Source: Armatimonadota bacterium
GTDB taxonomy: Bacteria > Armatimonadota > SYMT01
NCBI GenBank assembly: GCA_046292385.1
Contig: JBKBRF010000015.1
Span: 32,001 to 96,000 of the forward strand
Direction of reading: 5' to 3'
DNA: 64,000 nucleotides
The notes beneath the pieces are model-generated. The model was not told the DNA's origin, ran no database searches, and saw nothing but the letters and a program-made list of their open reading frames with translations. Every line of letters begins with the position of its first letter. The stretch's first letter is position 1. Of the stretch, positions 19,466-28,765 are shown one piece after another. Both the position numbers and the translations under genes were made by a program.

Positions 19466-20580
19466 GCCTTGCACCCCCCTCCCGCCGCGGCGACCTCGCG
19501 TCCCTACCGCTCAACTTCTGGCTCGTGGGGCAGGAAGGCGCCTCCACCCAACGACGAGGCCGCTACACCCCGGCCTCCCTCCGCCACCCTGGCAAGATGC
19601 TCCCCGCGCTGGCGCGGGAGATCCTCGCCGCCTACACGCAGCCGGGCGACTGGGTCCTCGACCCGATGTCCGGGATCGGCACGACCGGCGTGGAAGCACT
19701 TCACCTCGGCCGGCACTACGTCGGGATCGAGCTGGAGCCCCGCTTCGCCGCCTGGCAGCGGCAGAACCTCACCCTCGCCCGCCGCCAGGGCGCTGCCGGG
19801 ACGGGGGTCGTCTACCAGGGCGATGCCCGCCGCCTGGCGCCGGAGCCCGGTTCCTTGCCGGAGCCGTCGACGCCCGGCTCCGCTGCCGGCGGTCCGATCG
19901 ACGCCGTCATCACCTCGCCACCCTACGGAGACCGGCTCGCCTCCGTACGCACTCCCTCTCGCACCATGCAGCGCCTGATCGAGCGCGGTCGGTTCGGGGG
20001 AGATATCGTGCCGGGGATCTACGGCCGCGGGGCAGCGAACCTCGGCAACCTGCCGGACGCCGAGTACCTCCGAGAGATGCGGGCGGTCTACGCCGGCTGT
20101 CTGGAGGTCCTGAAGCCCGGCGGCATTCTCGCGGTCGTGATCCAGCCCGGACGCGACCGGCACCGGCTGCGACCCCTCCACCATGAAACCGCCCGGATCT
20201 GCGTCGAGCTCGGCTTCGAGCTACTCGACGAGCGGGTCGCGATCCTCTCCCGGATCGAAGCGGAGCGTGGGCGGCCGCCGACGGTCTATGCCCACAGCCA
20301 CTTCTTCAAGCGGCTGGCCGCGGCCCACCTCCGGGACGCCGGCTACCCGGTGTCGCTGGGGCAGCTGGAGTACGTGCTCGTCTTCCGCAAGCCGGGCTTC
20401 AAGCGGCCAGGCGTGCGGACCGGACAACCCAAAAGCGGCCTTTCGACCGCTCTTGGCGGCGACCCGCGCGGCCGGGGGGAGGAGGACTTGTTGCCGGCCT
20501 TCCTGCGGGTGCCTGTCGCCAGCGTAGCTCAACCGGCCGCGTCCCGCAAACCGGCTGCCACCCACGAAAGGAGCGTATGA
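19462..20580 (+). CDS. DNA N4-cytosine/N6-adenine methyltransferase
   Basis: HPGKM, VLDPMSGIGTT (SAM binding) and ITSPPY (catalytic); ATGA overlap. Confidence 0.88.
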   Translation: MSLAPPSRRGDLASLPLNFWLVGQEGASTQRRGRYTPASLRHPGKMLPALAREILAAYTQPGDWVLDPMSGIGTTGVEALHLGRHYVGIELEPRFAAWQRQNLTLARRQGAAGTGVVYQGDARRLAPEPGSLPEPSTPGSAAGGPIDAVITSPPYGDRLASVRTPSRTMQRLIERGRFGGDIVPGIYGRGAANLGNLPDAEYLREMRAVYAGCLEVLKPGGILAVVIQPGRDRHRLRPLHHETARICVELGFELLDERVAILSRIEAERGRPPTVYAHSHFFKRLAAAHLRDAGYPVSLGQLEYVLVFRKPGFKRPGVRTGQPKSGLSTALGGDPRGRGEEDLLPAFLRVPVASVAQPAASRKPAATHERSV

Positions 20581-21194
20581 CCCGTCGATCTAACCCCGAT
20601 CCCCAAAACCGAGTCTCCCCCGACGCCTACCTGCTCGGGCGCTGGTTTACCGCCGCCCGGCGAGAGGGACTCCTGACCGCTCTCACTCCGGAGGCCTGGC
20701 ACACGCTCTCGGCCGTCCTCTCGTTCACCCGCCGCGACGGCGGGCGCTCCTTCACCCTCGATCAGCTGGCGCTCGCCACCGGCCAGCCCCGGGAAATCGT
20801 CGAAGCGCGGCTCCGGGAGCTGGCGCGGACCGCTTGGAACGGCGAGCCGCTCCTCCAGCCGGAGTGCGACCCGGCCGGCGACCTCTGCGGCGCCCTGCTC
20901 GCTCCGCTGGAGCTACTCGCGCGCGTTACCGGCTCCTCCCGGGCGACAGTGCCCGAGCCGACGGTGGCACAGCCCGCGAAGTCCGCCGAGGCGGCCGGCG
21001 ACGCGGAGCTGCAGGCCGACCTCCATAACCTGGGCTTGAACGAATCGCAAATCGGCTCCCTGCTACGCAGCTACGGACCGGCGCGGATCCGGCGGCAGCT
21101 CGGCTGGCTGCCGGAACGGCACGCCCGCAATCCTGCCGCCCTCCTCATCCGGGCGGTCGAGCAGGACTGGGAGCCGCCCCGGGAGGCGCCATGA
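20577..21194 (+). CDS. Hypothetical replication-associated HTH protein
   Basis: ATGA overlaps on both sides; TLDQLALATG HTH-like segment and C-terminal RNPAALLIRAVEQDW. Confidence 0.6.
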   Translation: MTRRSNPDPQNRVSPDAYLLGRWFTAARREGLLTALTPEAWHTLSAVLSFTRRDGGRSFTLDQLALATGQPREIVEARLRELARTAWNGEPLLQPECDPAGDLCGALLAPLELLARVTGSSRATVPEPTVAQPAKSAEAAGDAELQADLHNLGLNESQIGSLLRSYGPARIRRQLGWLPERHARNPAALLIRAVEQDWEPPREAP

Positions 21195-22036
21195 TCGCTC
21201 CGGACTTTCGCCATGGCTACCTGCGGGTGCCCCTCTCCCTCTGGAAGCTCGCCTACTGCCGGACGCCGCTCACGCGGCGCCAGCTGCAACTGGTCTCCGT
21301 CGTCCTGCGAGAGAGCTGGGGCTGGCAGGAAGGGAGAGGCTCGGTCCGTGCCTGGACCCGGCCCCTCACGAGCCGCCAGTTTGCCGAGGCGACCGGCCTC
21401 TCAACCGATCACGTCGCCCGCGACCTCCGGCGGTTGGTCGAGCTGGGAGTCCTCGCGGAGCAGGACCGCCGCTACCGGCTCGAGGCTGGGGTCAAGCTGT
21501 GGATAACCCTGGGGATAGCGCCGCCGAGGGAGCGGCACGCAGCGCCCAATGAGACGGGTTCCGGCGCGGAAAAGGCGCTGCTACCAGGCTCCTTAAAGAA
21601 AGAAAAGATAACTCATAGTAGTACGCTGCCACCGGCGGGAGAAACCGTCGCGCGTCGTCGCGCCGGTTCGCTGCTCGTCACGCGGCAGGCGGTGCCGCTC
21701 GTGGCTGCGTCACCGGCGGCGGAGCTCCCCACGCCGCCGGGCTCGTCGGACCCGTCCGCCGCAGCCTCCGCCCCGGCATCGTCCGCCCTGGCACGGGAGC
21801 GCTTCGCCGACGTGGTGGCGGCGTTCGTCGGCACCCTCTCCCCGGAGGAAGCGGACCAGCTCACCCACTGGATCTGTGCCGAAGGGATCGCCGCCGTCTG
21901 GGGGGCACTTGAGCCGGCCTTCCGCCTCGGCGCCGACGCGGGCCGAGCGCAGCTGACGGAGCTTCTCCGGGAGCACGCTTCACCCGCGCCGGGTGGCGGC
22001 CGCGCCGGGACCGGAAGGGCGGGCACCGATGCCTGA
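21191..22036 (+). CDS. Phage-O-like replication protein
   Basis: LTRRQLQLVSVVLRESWGW...FAEATGLSTDHVARDLRRLVELGVL resembles the lambda O N-terminal wHTH. Confidence 0.65.
   Translation: MIAPDFRHGYLRVPLSLWKLAYCRTPLTRRQLQLVSVVLRESWGWQEGRGSVRAWTRPLTSRQFAEATGLSTDHVARDLRRLVELGVLAEQDRRYRLEAGVKLWITLGIAPPRERHAAPNETGSGAEKALLPGSLKKEKITHSSTLPPAGETVARRRAGSLLVTRQAVPLVAASPAAELPTPPGSSDPSAAASAPASSALARERFADVVAAFVGTLSPEEADQLTHWICAEGIAAVWGALEPAFRLGADAGRAQLTELLREHASPAPGGGRAGTGRAGTDA
21498..21506 (-). promoter_or_regulatory. Perfect DnaA box (TTATCCACA) inside the rep gene
   Basis: TGTGGATAA on the + strand, followed by an AT-rich patch at about 21592-21623. Confidence 0.5.
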
Positions 22037-22517
22037 CGCCCTGTTACTCCCGGGAGAGCAGGTGCTCCTCATTACCCGGCGACACCTGCTGACCCTGCTC
22101 TTACCACTCCTGCTGCTGTTCGCCGGAGGGGGTGCCCTCGCGCTGCTCGCCTGCCCGACCGCGCTACACTTGCGGCTCAACGGTCGCTGCCCGCTGCTGT
22201 TGGGCGTCGCCGTCGGTACCGCGGCGCTCGTCCTCTTCGTCGACTGGTACTTCACCCGCTTCGTCCTGACCGATCAACGGCTGCTCCGGCTTCGCACCCC
22301 GCTCTGGCAGCGAGTCCACGCGCTGTCTCTCCCCGGCCTGGAGAGCCTGACGGTGGAAGTGGGCCTGCTGGGGCGACTCCTCGGTTTCGGCACGATCCTC
22401 GCCGACACCGCCGCCACCCAAGGCGGGCGGCTGGTCCTGGACACCGTGCCGGACCCGGAGGGCATCGCCCGCGCCATTGCCGGGAGCGCTGCCGCGGCGC
22501 GACAGGCGGTAGGATGA
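22029..22517 (+). CDS. Membrane protein with bacterial PH (bPH_2-like) domain
   Basis: Two hydrophobic helices; DWYFTRFVLTDQRL...LLGRLLGFGTI...VPDP. Confidence 0.8.
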   Translation: MPDALLLPGEQVLLITRRHLLTLLLPLLLLFAGGGALALLACPTALHLRLNGRCPLLLGVAVGTAALVLFVDWYFTRFVLTDQRLLRLRTPLWQRVHALSLPGLESLTVEVGLLGRLLGFGTILADTAATQGGRLVLDTVPDPEGIARAIAGSAAAARQAVG

Positions 22518-24829
22518 GCTTCGACCCCGGCGCACTGCTCCATGCTCTCGTCTTCGCCCTCCTCGCCACTGCCGGGGCCGGACTGCTCTGGCTGCTGGCG
22601 ATCCGGCCCGCGAAAGGAGTGCCGCTGCGAACTTGGCGGCTGGTGCTGCCCCGCGGGGCCTCCTTCGATCCGTCCCAGGCCGCGGCCTGGTTTCTCTCCT
22701 TCACGCCGCTGCTTCGAAAGACCGCGACCTTCCCGGCGGTAGAGATCCGCCGCGACCACCGCGAGCTGAGCTACCGCGTCACGGCCCCGGCCGACTGGGA
22801 AGGCCACCTGCGCGGGCAGCTGGCCGCCTGGTTTCCGGGGGCCAGGCTGGAGCCGGTGAAGCCGCCGGAGCCGGAGCGACCGGTCCATGTACCGGCCGTG
22901 TCCCTGCCCCTCCGCAGCGAGCGGGCCGGGCTCTACTCGCTGCGACTGCCGGGTCAGGAGACGACCGATCCGCTCCTGGGAGTGCTGGGCGCGCTGCGCG
23001 CTGCTCCCGGCGACTGCGGGCTCCGCCTCGTCTTCGGTCCGCCGCCGCGGGAATGGCGCTGGTGGTCGGCAGCGGCGCTCGACGCGCTGCGCGCCGGCCG
23101 GGCGCTGCCGCCGAGCGGGTGGCTCTTCTGGCTCTCGCTTCTGCTCTCCACGCTGCGGACATCAACCGGAAAGACGGCGTCGCCCTCCGAATTGCGACCC
23201 TCCGTCCCGGAGAGCGTCTCGCGGAAGCTCCGGGAGCCGGTTTTTGCGTGTGAGGTCCGGGTCTGGGCGGCGGCCGGGGAGGGGAGCACCGCCGGGCCGC
23301 AGGCGCGGGAGCTGGCCGCGCAGCTGGAGCTCGCGTACCGGGACCCGGTCGGCAATGCCCTCGTGCCCGCGCGACGGGGTGGGGACGCGGTTCAGGCGAT
23401 GGGGCCGGGCCGGCACGGACCGCGGCTGGTCCTCTCCGCCGCGGAGCTCGCCGCGCTCTTCCATGTGCCCGGCTCCGCGCACCCGCTGGTCGAGTGCGAG
23501 CCGTGCCGGCAGGTGGCGCCCACCGCCGGCACCCTGGCAGGAGGGCCTCTCGATTCCCGCCCCGTGACCTGGCTCGGGGAGGCGCTCGTCGGCGAGCGGG
23601 CTGAACGCTTCGGGCTGACCATTGAGGAGCGGCGCCTGCATACCTACGTAGTCGGCAAGACCGGGACCGGCAAGTCGACGCTACTCGCGACGCTGCTCCG
23701 CCAGGATCTCGCAGGCGGCCGCGGCGTGGGATTGATTGACCCGCACGGCGATCTGGCCGAGCGCGTCCTCTCCCTGATCCCACCCTCCCGGGCCGGCGAG
23801 CTGCTCTACTTCAATGCCGCCGACAGCGACTACCCGGTCGGGTTCAATCTCCTCGCCGCCTCCACGCCGGCTTCCCGTCCGCTGGTCGCCTCCGGGGTGG
23901 TCGGTGTCTTCAAGAAGCTGTATGGCGAGAGCTGGGGACCCCGGCTGGAGCACTTTCTCCGAAACGCCGTGCTCGCACTCCTGGAGGCGCCCTCGCCTTC
24001 GCTGCTCCTCCTGCCGCGGCTCCTGACCGATCGCGAGTACCGGCACCGCGTCCTCGCGCACGTGCGGGACCCGCTCCTGCGAAGCTTCTTCCTGGAGGAG
24101 TATGAGGCGTACGACCCGCGCTGGCGCGCGGAGGCGATCTCCCCGATCCTGAACAAGGTGGGGCAGTTCCTCGCCTCCCCGGTGGTGCGGCACCTGGTGG
24201 GGCAGAGCGGGCCAGGCTTCGACCTCCGACAGCTGATGGACCGCGGCGGGATCTTCGTGGCGAACCTCGCCTCCGGTCGGATCGGCGAGGACAACTGCGA
24301 CCTGCTCGGCGGGTTGCTGGTGGCCGGCTTTCAGCTGGCGGCGATGAGTCGCGCGGCTCAGCCGGAGGCGGAGCGGCGCGACTTCTTCCTCTGTGTCGAC
24401 GAGTTCCAGCACTTCGCGAACGACGCGTTCGGGGCGATCCTCTCGGAGGCACGGAAGTACCGGCTCTCGCTCACGCTGTCGCACCAGTACCTCGACCAGG
24501 TCGACGCGCCGGTATCGGACGCGATCTTCGGCAACACCGGCTCGCTCTGCGTCTTCCGCGTCGGCGCCGGGGACACCGGCCGCCTGGTGAAGGAGCTCGC
24601 CCCTTCCTTCGACGCGCAGGACCTGGTGAGTCAGCCGAACTTCCGGTTCTGCGCGCGACCGGCCCGGCTCTCCGGCGCGGGCATCCCGTTCTCGGCGCGA
24701 ACGGTCCCCCTGGAAACCCCCGACGTAGATCTTACCCCCTTGCTCGAAGCCTCCCGGCGCCGTTGGGCGCGCTCCCGGGTGGAAGTCGAGCTCGATATCG
24801 CCGACCGGTGGGAAGGCCGAGCGGAATAA
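22514..24829 (+). CDS. VirD4/TrwB-like (DUF87) coupling ATPase
   Basis: N-terminal TM; GKTGTGKST, IDPHGDL, VDEFQHF and EARKYRL..SHQY. Confidence 0.9.
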   Translation: MSFDPGALLHALVFALLATAGAGLLWLLAIRPAKGVPLRTWRLVLPRGASFDPSQAAAWFLSFTPLLRKTATFPAVEIRRDHRELSYRVTAPADWEGHLRGQLAAWFPGARLEPVKPPEPERPVHVPAVSLPLRSERAGLYSLRLPGQETTDPLLGVLGALRAAPGDCGLRLVFGPPPREWRWWSAAALDALRAGRALPPSGWLFWLSLLLSTLRTSTGKTASPSELRPSVPESVSRKLREPVFACEVRVWAAAGEGSTAGPQARELAAQLELAYRDPVGNALVPARRGGDAVQAMGPGRHGPRLVLSAAELAALFHVPGSAHPLVECEPCRQVAPTAGTLAGGPLDSRPVTWLGEALVGERAERFGLTIEERRLHTYVVGKTGTGKSTLLATLLRQDLAGGRGVGLIDPHGDLAERVLSLIPPSRAGELLYFNAADSDYPVGFNLLAASTPASRPLVASGVVGVFKKLYGESWGPRLEHFLRNAVLALLEAPSPSLLLLPRLLTDREYRHRVLAHVRDPLLRSFFLEEYEAYDPRWRAEAISPILNKVGQFLASPVVRHLVGQSGPGFDLRQLMDRGGIFVANLASGRIGEDNCDLLGGLLVAGFQLAAMSRAAQPEAERRDFFLCVDEFQHFANDAFGAILSEARKYRLSLTLSHQYLDQVDAPVSDAIFGNTGSLCVFRVGAGDTGRLVKELAPSFDAQDLVSQPNFRFCARPARLSGAGIPFSARTVPLETPDVDLTPLLEASRRRWARSRVEVELDIADRWEGRAE

Positions 24830-24868
24830 CTGCCGGCAGTCACCACGTCTATACCGGGACCGGAGGGA

Positions 24869-25408
24869 TCAGGCGCTCCCGGCTGCGGGCTTTGCCAGAA
24901 GCGTCCTCCCGAAGGCGACGGCGATCAGCGCTTCACCTACCTCGGAGGTCCCGAAGATCGCCGTGAGCTCCTCTTCGGGAAGCTCCCGCTTCAGGGTGGT
25001 GAAGGCGTTCAAGATGGTGACCGACAGGATCACCGAACGCTTCCAGAGCGGCGTCTCCGCCTCGCTCGCCTCGAAGAGTCCCTGGCCGGTGATCAGCAGG
25101 CCGCAGACGCGGGCGAGCGGTGATCCCTCGTTCGGGCTCTCCTCCGGCTCGGCAGCGCCAGTGCCATCCGGCGAGGGGGCCTGGATCCGCTGTCCGACCC
25201 GCTGGAGGATCTGGAGGGCTGCCGCTTCCCCGGCTAGTCCTGCCAGCCCATCCACGCGCTTGACGCGCGACAGCACGGCTTCGAAATTCGCGACCACCTG
25301 GCGGATGCGACGGGTCTCGCCTTCAGGGTCGGTCTCGTAACGCTGCCGGTAGTGCTCGATCGTGGTGGAGAGACTCTCCGTCAGCGGTGCGGGGTCGGTG
25401 GCACTCAT
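24869..25408 (-). CDS. Hypothetical protein
   Basis: 179-aa ORF with AAGGAG RBS, opposite strand to the backbone. Confidence 0.65.
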   Translation of the reverse strand: MSATDPAPLTESLSTTIEHYRQRYETDPEGETRRIRQVVANFEAVLSRVKRVDGLAGLAGEAAALQILQRVGQRIQAPSPDGTGAAEPEESPNEGSPLARVCGLLITGQGLFEASEAETPLWKRSVILSVTILNAFTTLKRELPEEELTAIFGTSEVGEALIAVAFGRTLLAKPAAGSA

Positions 25409-25703
25409 TCAGGGGCTCCTTCGGTCCGGAGGTGCGACGGCGACGACCAGAGACCGTAGCTCGTCGTGCGGGAGCAATCCCGCGGCATCCATCCTTGGCA
25501 GTTCGCGCGGAAGTTGTCGGGCAGTTCACCAGCTCCCGGAGCTTGTCCTCAATTGCTCGGGACCCGGCCTACCCGATTCCCGTCCGCGGCAGGGGAATTG
25601 CCGGCGTCCGCCAGCCTGGTACGGTGGGAGCAGTTCGTACGTTGACATCCCGCTTCCGAACGGTGCCCGTGGCACCGCCGGCGCGGCACAGGAGAACTGT
25701 CCC

Positions 25704-26183
25704 ATGAACCGCGTGGTCCTTTGCGGCCGGCTCACCACCCGGCCGAAACGCTCCTACACCCCCTGCGGCATCGCCGTGGCGGAGTTCCGGCTGCTCGTCC
25801 TGCGGGAAGACCCCCGGGACCCCACGTCCGGCGAGGAGGTCGACTGCATCGCCTTCCGACAGGTGGCCGAAGAGCTCACCGATTGGGGTGAGCGCAGCCA
25901 TCGCGTCAACCTGGAGGGGCGGCTGCGGCTCGAGCCCCTGCGCAGCGGTGATCCCCGGCTCGGGGACGCCCGGACCTCCAGGCTCCTCAAGGTCCTGGTG
26001 GAGCGGGCCTACTTCGTCGATCCGGTGAAAGACCTGCCGGCATCCGGGCTTCGCGCCCCGTCGGAAGGTCTGGCAGCCAGCACGGCACCTGGCACGGCGA
26101 ACCCGCGCGAAAAGCCGGAGCTGCCCGCCGCGAATGCTCCGGGGGCGGCTTCGCCCGCGGAGTCCGTCCGGAAGACGGCATGA
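25704..26183 (+). CDS. ssb: Single-stranded DNA-binding protein
   Basis: AGGAG RBS; MNRVVLCGRLT..P..YTPCG.AVAEFRL...IAF...EGRL. Confidence 0.8.
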   Translation: MNRVVLCGRLTTRPKRSYTPCGIAVAEFRLLVLREDPRDPTSGEEVDCIAFRQVAEELTDWGERSHRVNLEGRLRLEPLRSGDPRLGDARTSRLLKVLVERAYFVDPVKDLPASGLRAPSEGLAASTAPGTANPREKPELPAANAPGAASPAESVRKTA

Positions 26184-26271
26184 ACCGCGTCCTGCTGATC
26201 GGCCCGCTGCGCACCGGGGTTTCCCCCCGCACGCACTCTGAAGAGACCTTCCGCGAAAGCGAGGCTCCGTG

Positions 26272-26472
26272 ATGTACGCCCTGCAGCTCCCGCCGGCGAT
26301 GGTCCGGCGGCTCTACCACCTGCGTGAGACCCACCAGCGCGGCCCGATCCGGCGACAGGTCCTGATCGCGGTCGAGCAGTATCTTGCCCACATGGAGAAA
26401 GAGTATGGACCTTGCCCCGATGACCCGGGCGAAGAGCCTGGAAGGCCCGAGCGCGCTCGACGCGGTCGGTGA
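26272..26472 (+). CDS. Small conserved protein (RHH-like), paralog of 36506-36721
   Basis: MYALQLPPAMVRRLYHLRE...GPIRRQVLIAVEQY is conserved in the second copy. Confidence 0.65.
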   Translation: MYALQLPPAMVRRLYHLRETHQRGPIRRQVLIAVEQYLAHMEKEYGPCPDDPGEEPGRPERARRGR

Positions 26473-27424
26473 GCGGGTGCTCGCCGCCTCGCAGCACTGC
26501 CGCGATCACGCTAACGTGACGCTGGCCACGACCATGATGCGGCTCGACGGCACCTGGATCTTCCGCGGCGAGACGACACGGCTCTCCCGCCACGCGCTCT
26601 CGCAGCTCTGCGCCCGGCTGGAGCTTCCGTCCGGAGGCACTCCACCCGCCGGCTATCTCTCCCGCTGCCCTTCGCCGCTCGCGGCCCAGAACGTCAATCA
26701 CTGGCTTCGGGACTCGACGCGGAAGGAACAGCAAGTGCTGGTCCGGGTCCGGGAGGAGAGGGGCCGGCGGCACCCGATGGTGCGCGCGGTCCTCTCCGAC
26801 CGGTATGCGACGGTCGATCACCTGCCCCTCGTGGAGGCCCTGCGGGACCTGCTCCCGCAGCACGACCTCTACTTGGACCGCTGGTCGCTCGACGACGAGC
26901 AGCTCACCCTGCGGCTCCTGCTGAACCGGGACTACCCGGCCACGCTGGACGACCCGATCCGGGTCGGGCTGCATATCTCCAACAGCGAGATCGGCCTGGG
27001 GCGGATCTCGATCACCGCCCTCGTGACTCGGCTCGTCTGCACCAACGGGCTGGTGGTGAAGGTCGCCGACCTCGGCGGCATCCACCGCCGGCACATCGGG
27101 CGCGCCGGGGAAGATCTCCAGGGAGTCGCCCAGGCGGCGCTCCAGCGGGTCCTCGAAGAAGCCGAGGAGGCCGGCCGACGGTTCGTGGCGCTCCGCGAGC
27201 GGCCGGCTCCCATGCCCCTGGGCGAGTTCCTGGAGCGGACCGTTAAGCAGGTGGAGCTGCCGGAGACGGCGCTGCCGCTCGTGCGACAGACGCTGGAAGG
27301 TGAGAGCCTCTACGACGTGGTGAACGCCTTTACGAACGTGGCACAGCGCTACTCCGTCGCGGAACGCGTGCGAATCGAAACCACCATGAGCCGGTTCCTC
27401 CGAGACGAACGGAACTGGAACTAA
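26405..27424 (+). CDS. DUF932-like protein
   Basis: VRAVLSDRY, ISNSEIG and RLVCTNGL...H. Confidence 0.8.
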   Translation: MDLAPMTRAKSLEGPSALDAVGERVLAASQHCRDHANVTLATTMMRLDGTWIFRGETTRLSRHALSQLCARLELPSGGTPPAGYLSRCPSPLAAQNVNHWLRDSTRKEQQVLVRVREERGRRHPMVRAVLSDRYATVDHLPLVEALRDLLPQHDLYLDRWSLDDEQLTLRLLLNRDYPATLDDPIRVGLHISNSEIGLGRISITALVTRLVCTNGLVVKVADLGGIHRRHIGRAGEDLQGVAQAALQRVLEEAEEAGRRFVALRERPAPMPLGEFLERTVKQVELPETALPLVRQTLEGESLYDVVNAFTNVAQRYSVAERVRIETTMSRFLRDERNWN

Positions 27425-27432
27425 ACCCCTCA

Positions 27433-27466
27433 CCCCGACCATCCACCGGATGTGCTCGGGGTTTTT
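27433..27466 (+). terminator. Rho-independent terminator
   Basis: CCCCGA...TCGGGG stem with inner CATCC/GGATG pairing, followed by TTTTT right after the stop. Confidence 0.6.
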
Positions 27467-28705
27467 CATGTGGTGCCGCAGCTTGAGATCGCTAGGGGTG
27501 AACGACGACACTATCTGCATTCGGTTGGGAGTGCCGCGACCGGTAAGTCGATGCTGCTCGCGAGCGTCCTCCGGCAGGACCTCGAAGCGGGCCACGGCGT
27601 CGGCTTGATCGACCCGCATGGCGACCTGGCGGCGCGGGTGCTCGCGCTGGTGCCGCCGGAGCGCCAGGACCAGGTGCTCTACTTCAACCCCGCCGACACG
27701 GAATACCCGGTCGGTTACAACCCGCTGGCGGTCCGCTCGCCCCGGCAGAAGCCGCTCGTCGCCTCCGGCGTGGTGGGCGTCTTCAAGAAGCTCTACGGCG
27801 AGAGTTGGGGGCCACGGCTGGAGCACTTCATCCGCCACAGCCTGCTTGCACTCCTGGAGACGCCCGAGCCATCGCTACTGATGTTGCCGCGGCTTCTCAC
27901 GGACGAGAACTACCGGGAGCAGGTGCTCCGGCATGTCCGGGACCCGGTGCTGCGGAGCTTCTTTGAGGAGGAGTACGCGCGCTACGATCCCCGCTGGCGG
28001 GCGGAGGCGATCTCGCCCGTCCTGAACAAGGTGGGGCAGTTCCTCGCCTCGCCGGTGGTGCGGAACATCGTGGGACAGCGCGGCCCCGGCTTCGATCTTC
28101 GTAAGTTCATGGATGAGGACGGGATCTTCATCGCCAACCTCTCCGCCGGACGCATCGGTGAGGACAACGCGGCGCTGCTCGGCGGACTGCTCGTCGCCGG
28201 GTTTCAATTGGCGGCGATGAGCCGGGCCGATGTGCCGGAGGAGGAGCGACGGGACTTCTTCCTCTCGGTGGACGAGTTCCAGCACTTCGCGAACGACGCC
28301 TTCGTCTCGATCCTCTCCGAGGCACGCAAGTACCGGCTTTCGCTCACCCTCTCGCACCAATATCTGGACCAGGTGCCGCCGGGGATCTTGGCTGCGGTCT
28401 TGGGCAACGTCGGCTCACTGGCGGTCTTCCGGGTGGGGGCGCCAGATACCACCCGGCTGGCGAAAGAGCTGGCGCCGAGCTTTGACGCGCAGGACCTGGT
28501 CCACCTGCCGAACTACCGCTCCTGTGCGCGGGTAACTCGTGACGGAGCGACCCTGCCGGCCTTTTCCGCGCAAACCGTCCCGATACCCCGGGTGAGGATG
28601 CATTTGTCCGGAATTCTGGCCCGCGCCCATCAACGCTGGGCGAGATCGCGCGGCGCAGTCGAGCTCGAAATCACCGACCTATACGAAGGCAGAGAAACGC
28701 CATAA
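27452..28705 (+). pseudogene. 5'-truncated second copy of the VirD4-like ATPase
   Basis: Long near-identical stretches with the C-terminal half of 22514-24829; lacks the N-terminal region, and the Walker A context is altered (GSAATGKS). Confidence 0.8.
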
Positions 28706-28765
28706 GATCAAAACCACTGTGTTCGTCTATTTCCGGGAAGACATCCGGACCGATTCTAATCGTTT

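Noticed and set aside
26009..27838. 609-aa minus-strand ORF and similar long antisense ORFs (16412-17617, 31005-32339, 3646-4656)
   Set aside because: Shadow ORFs of high-GC genes on the opposite strand, with no motifs.
16013..28705. Prophage
   Set aside because: No terminase, capsid, tail or lysis genes were seen.
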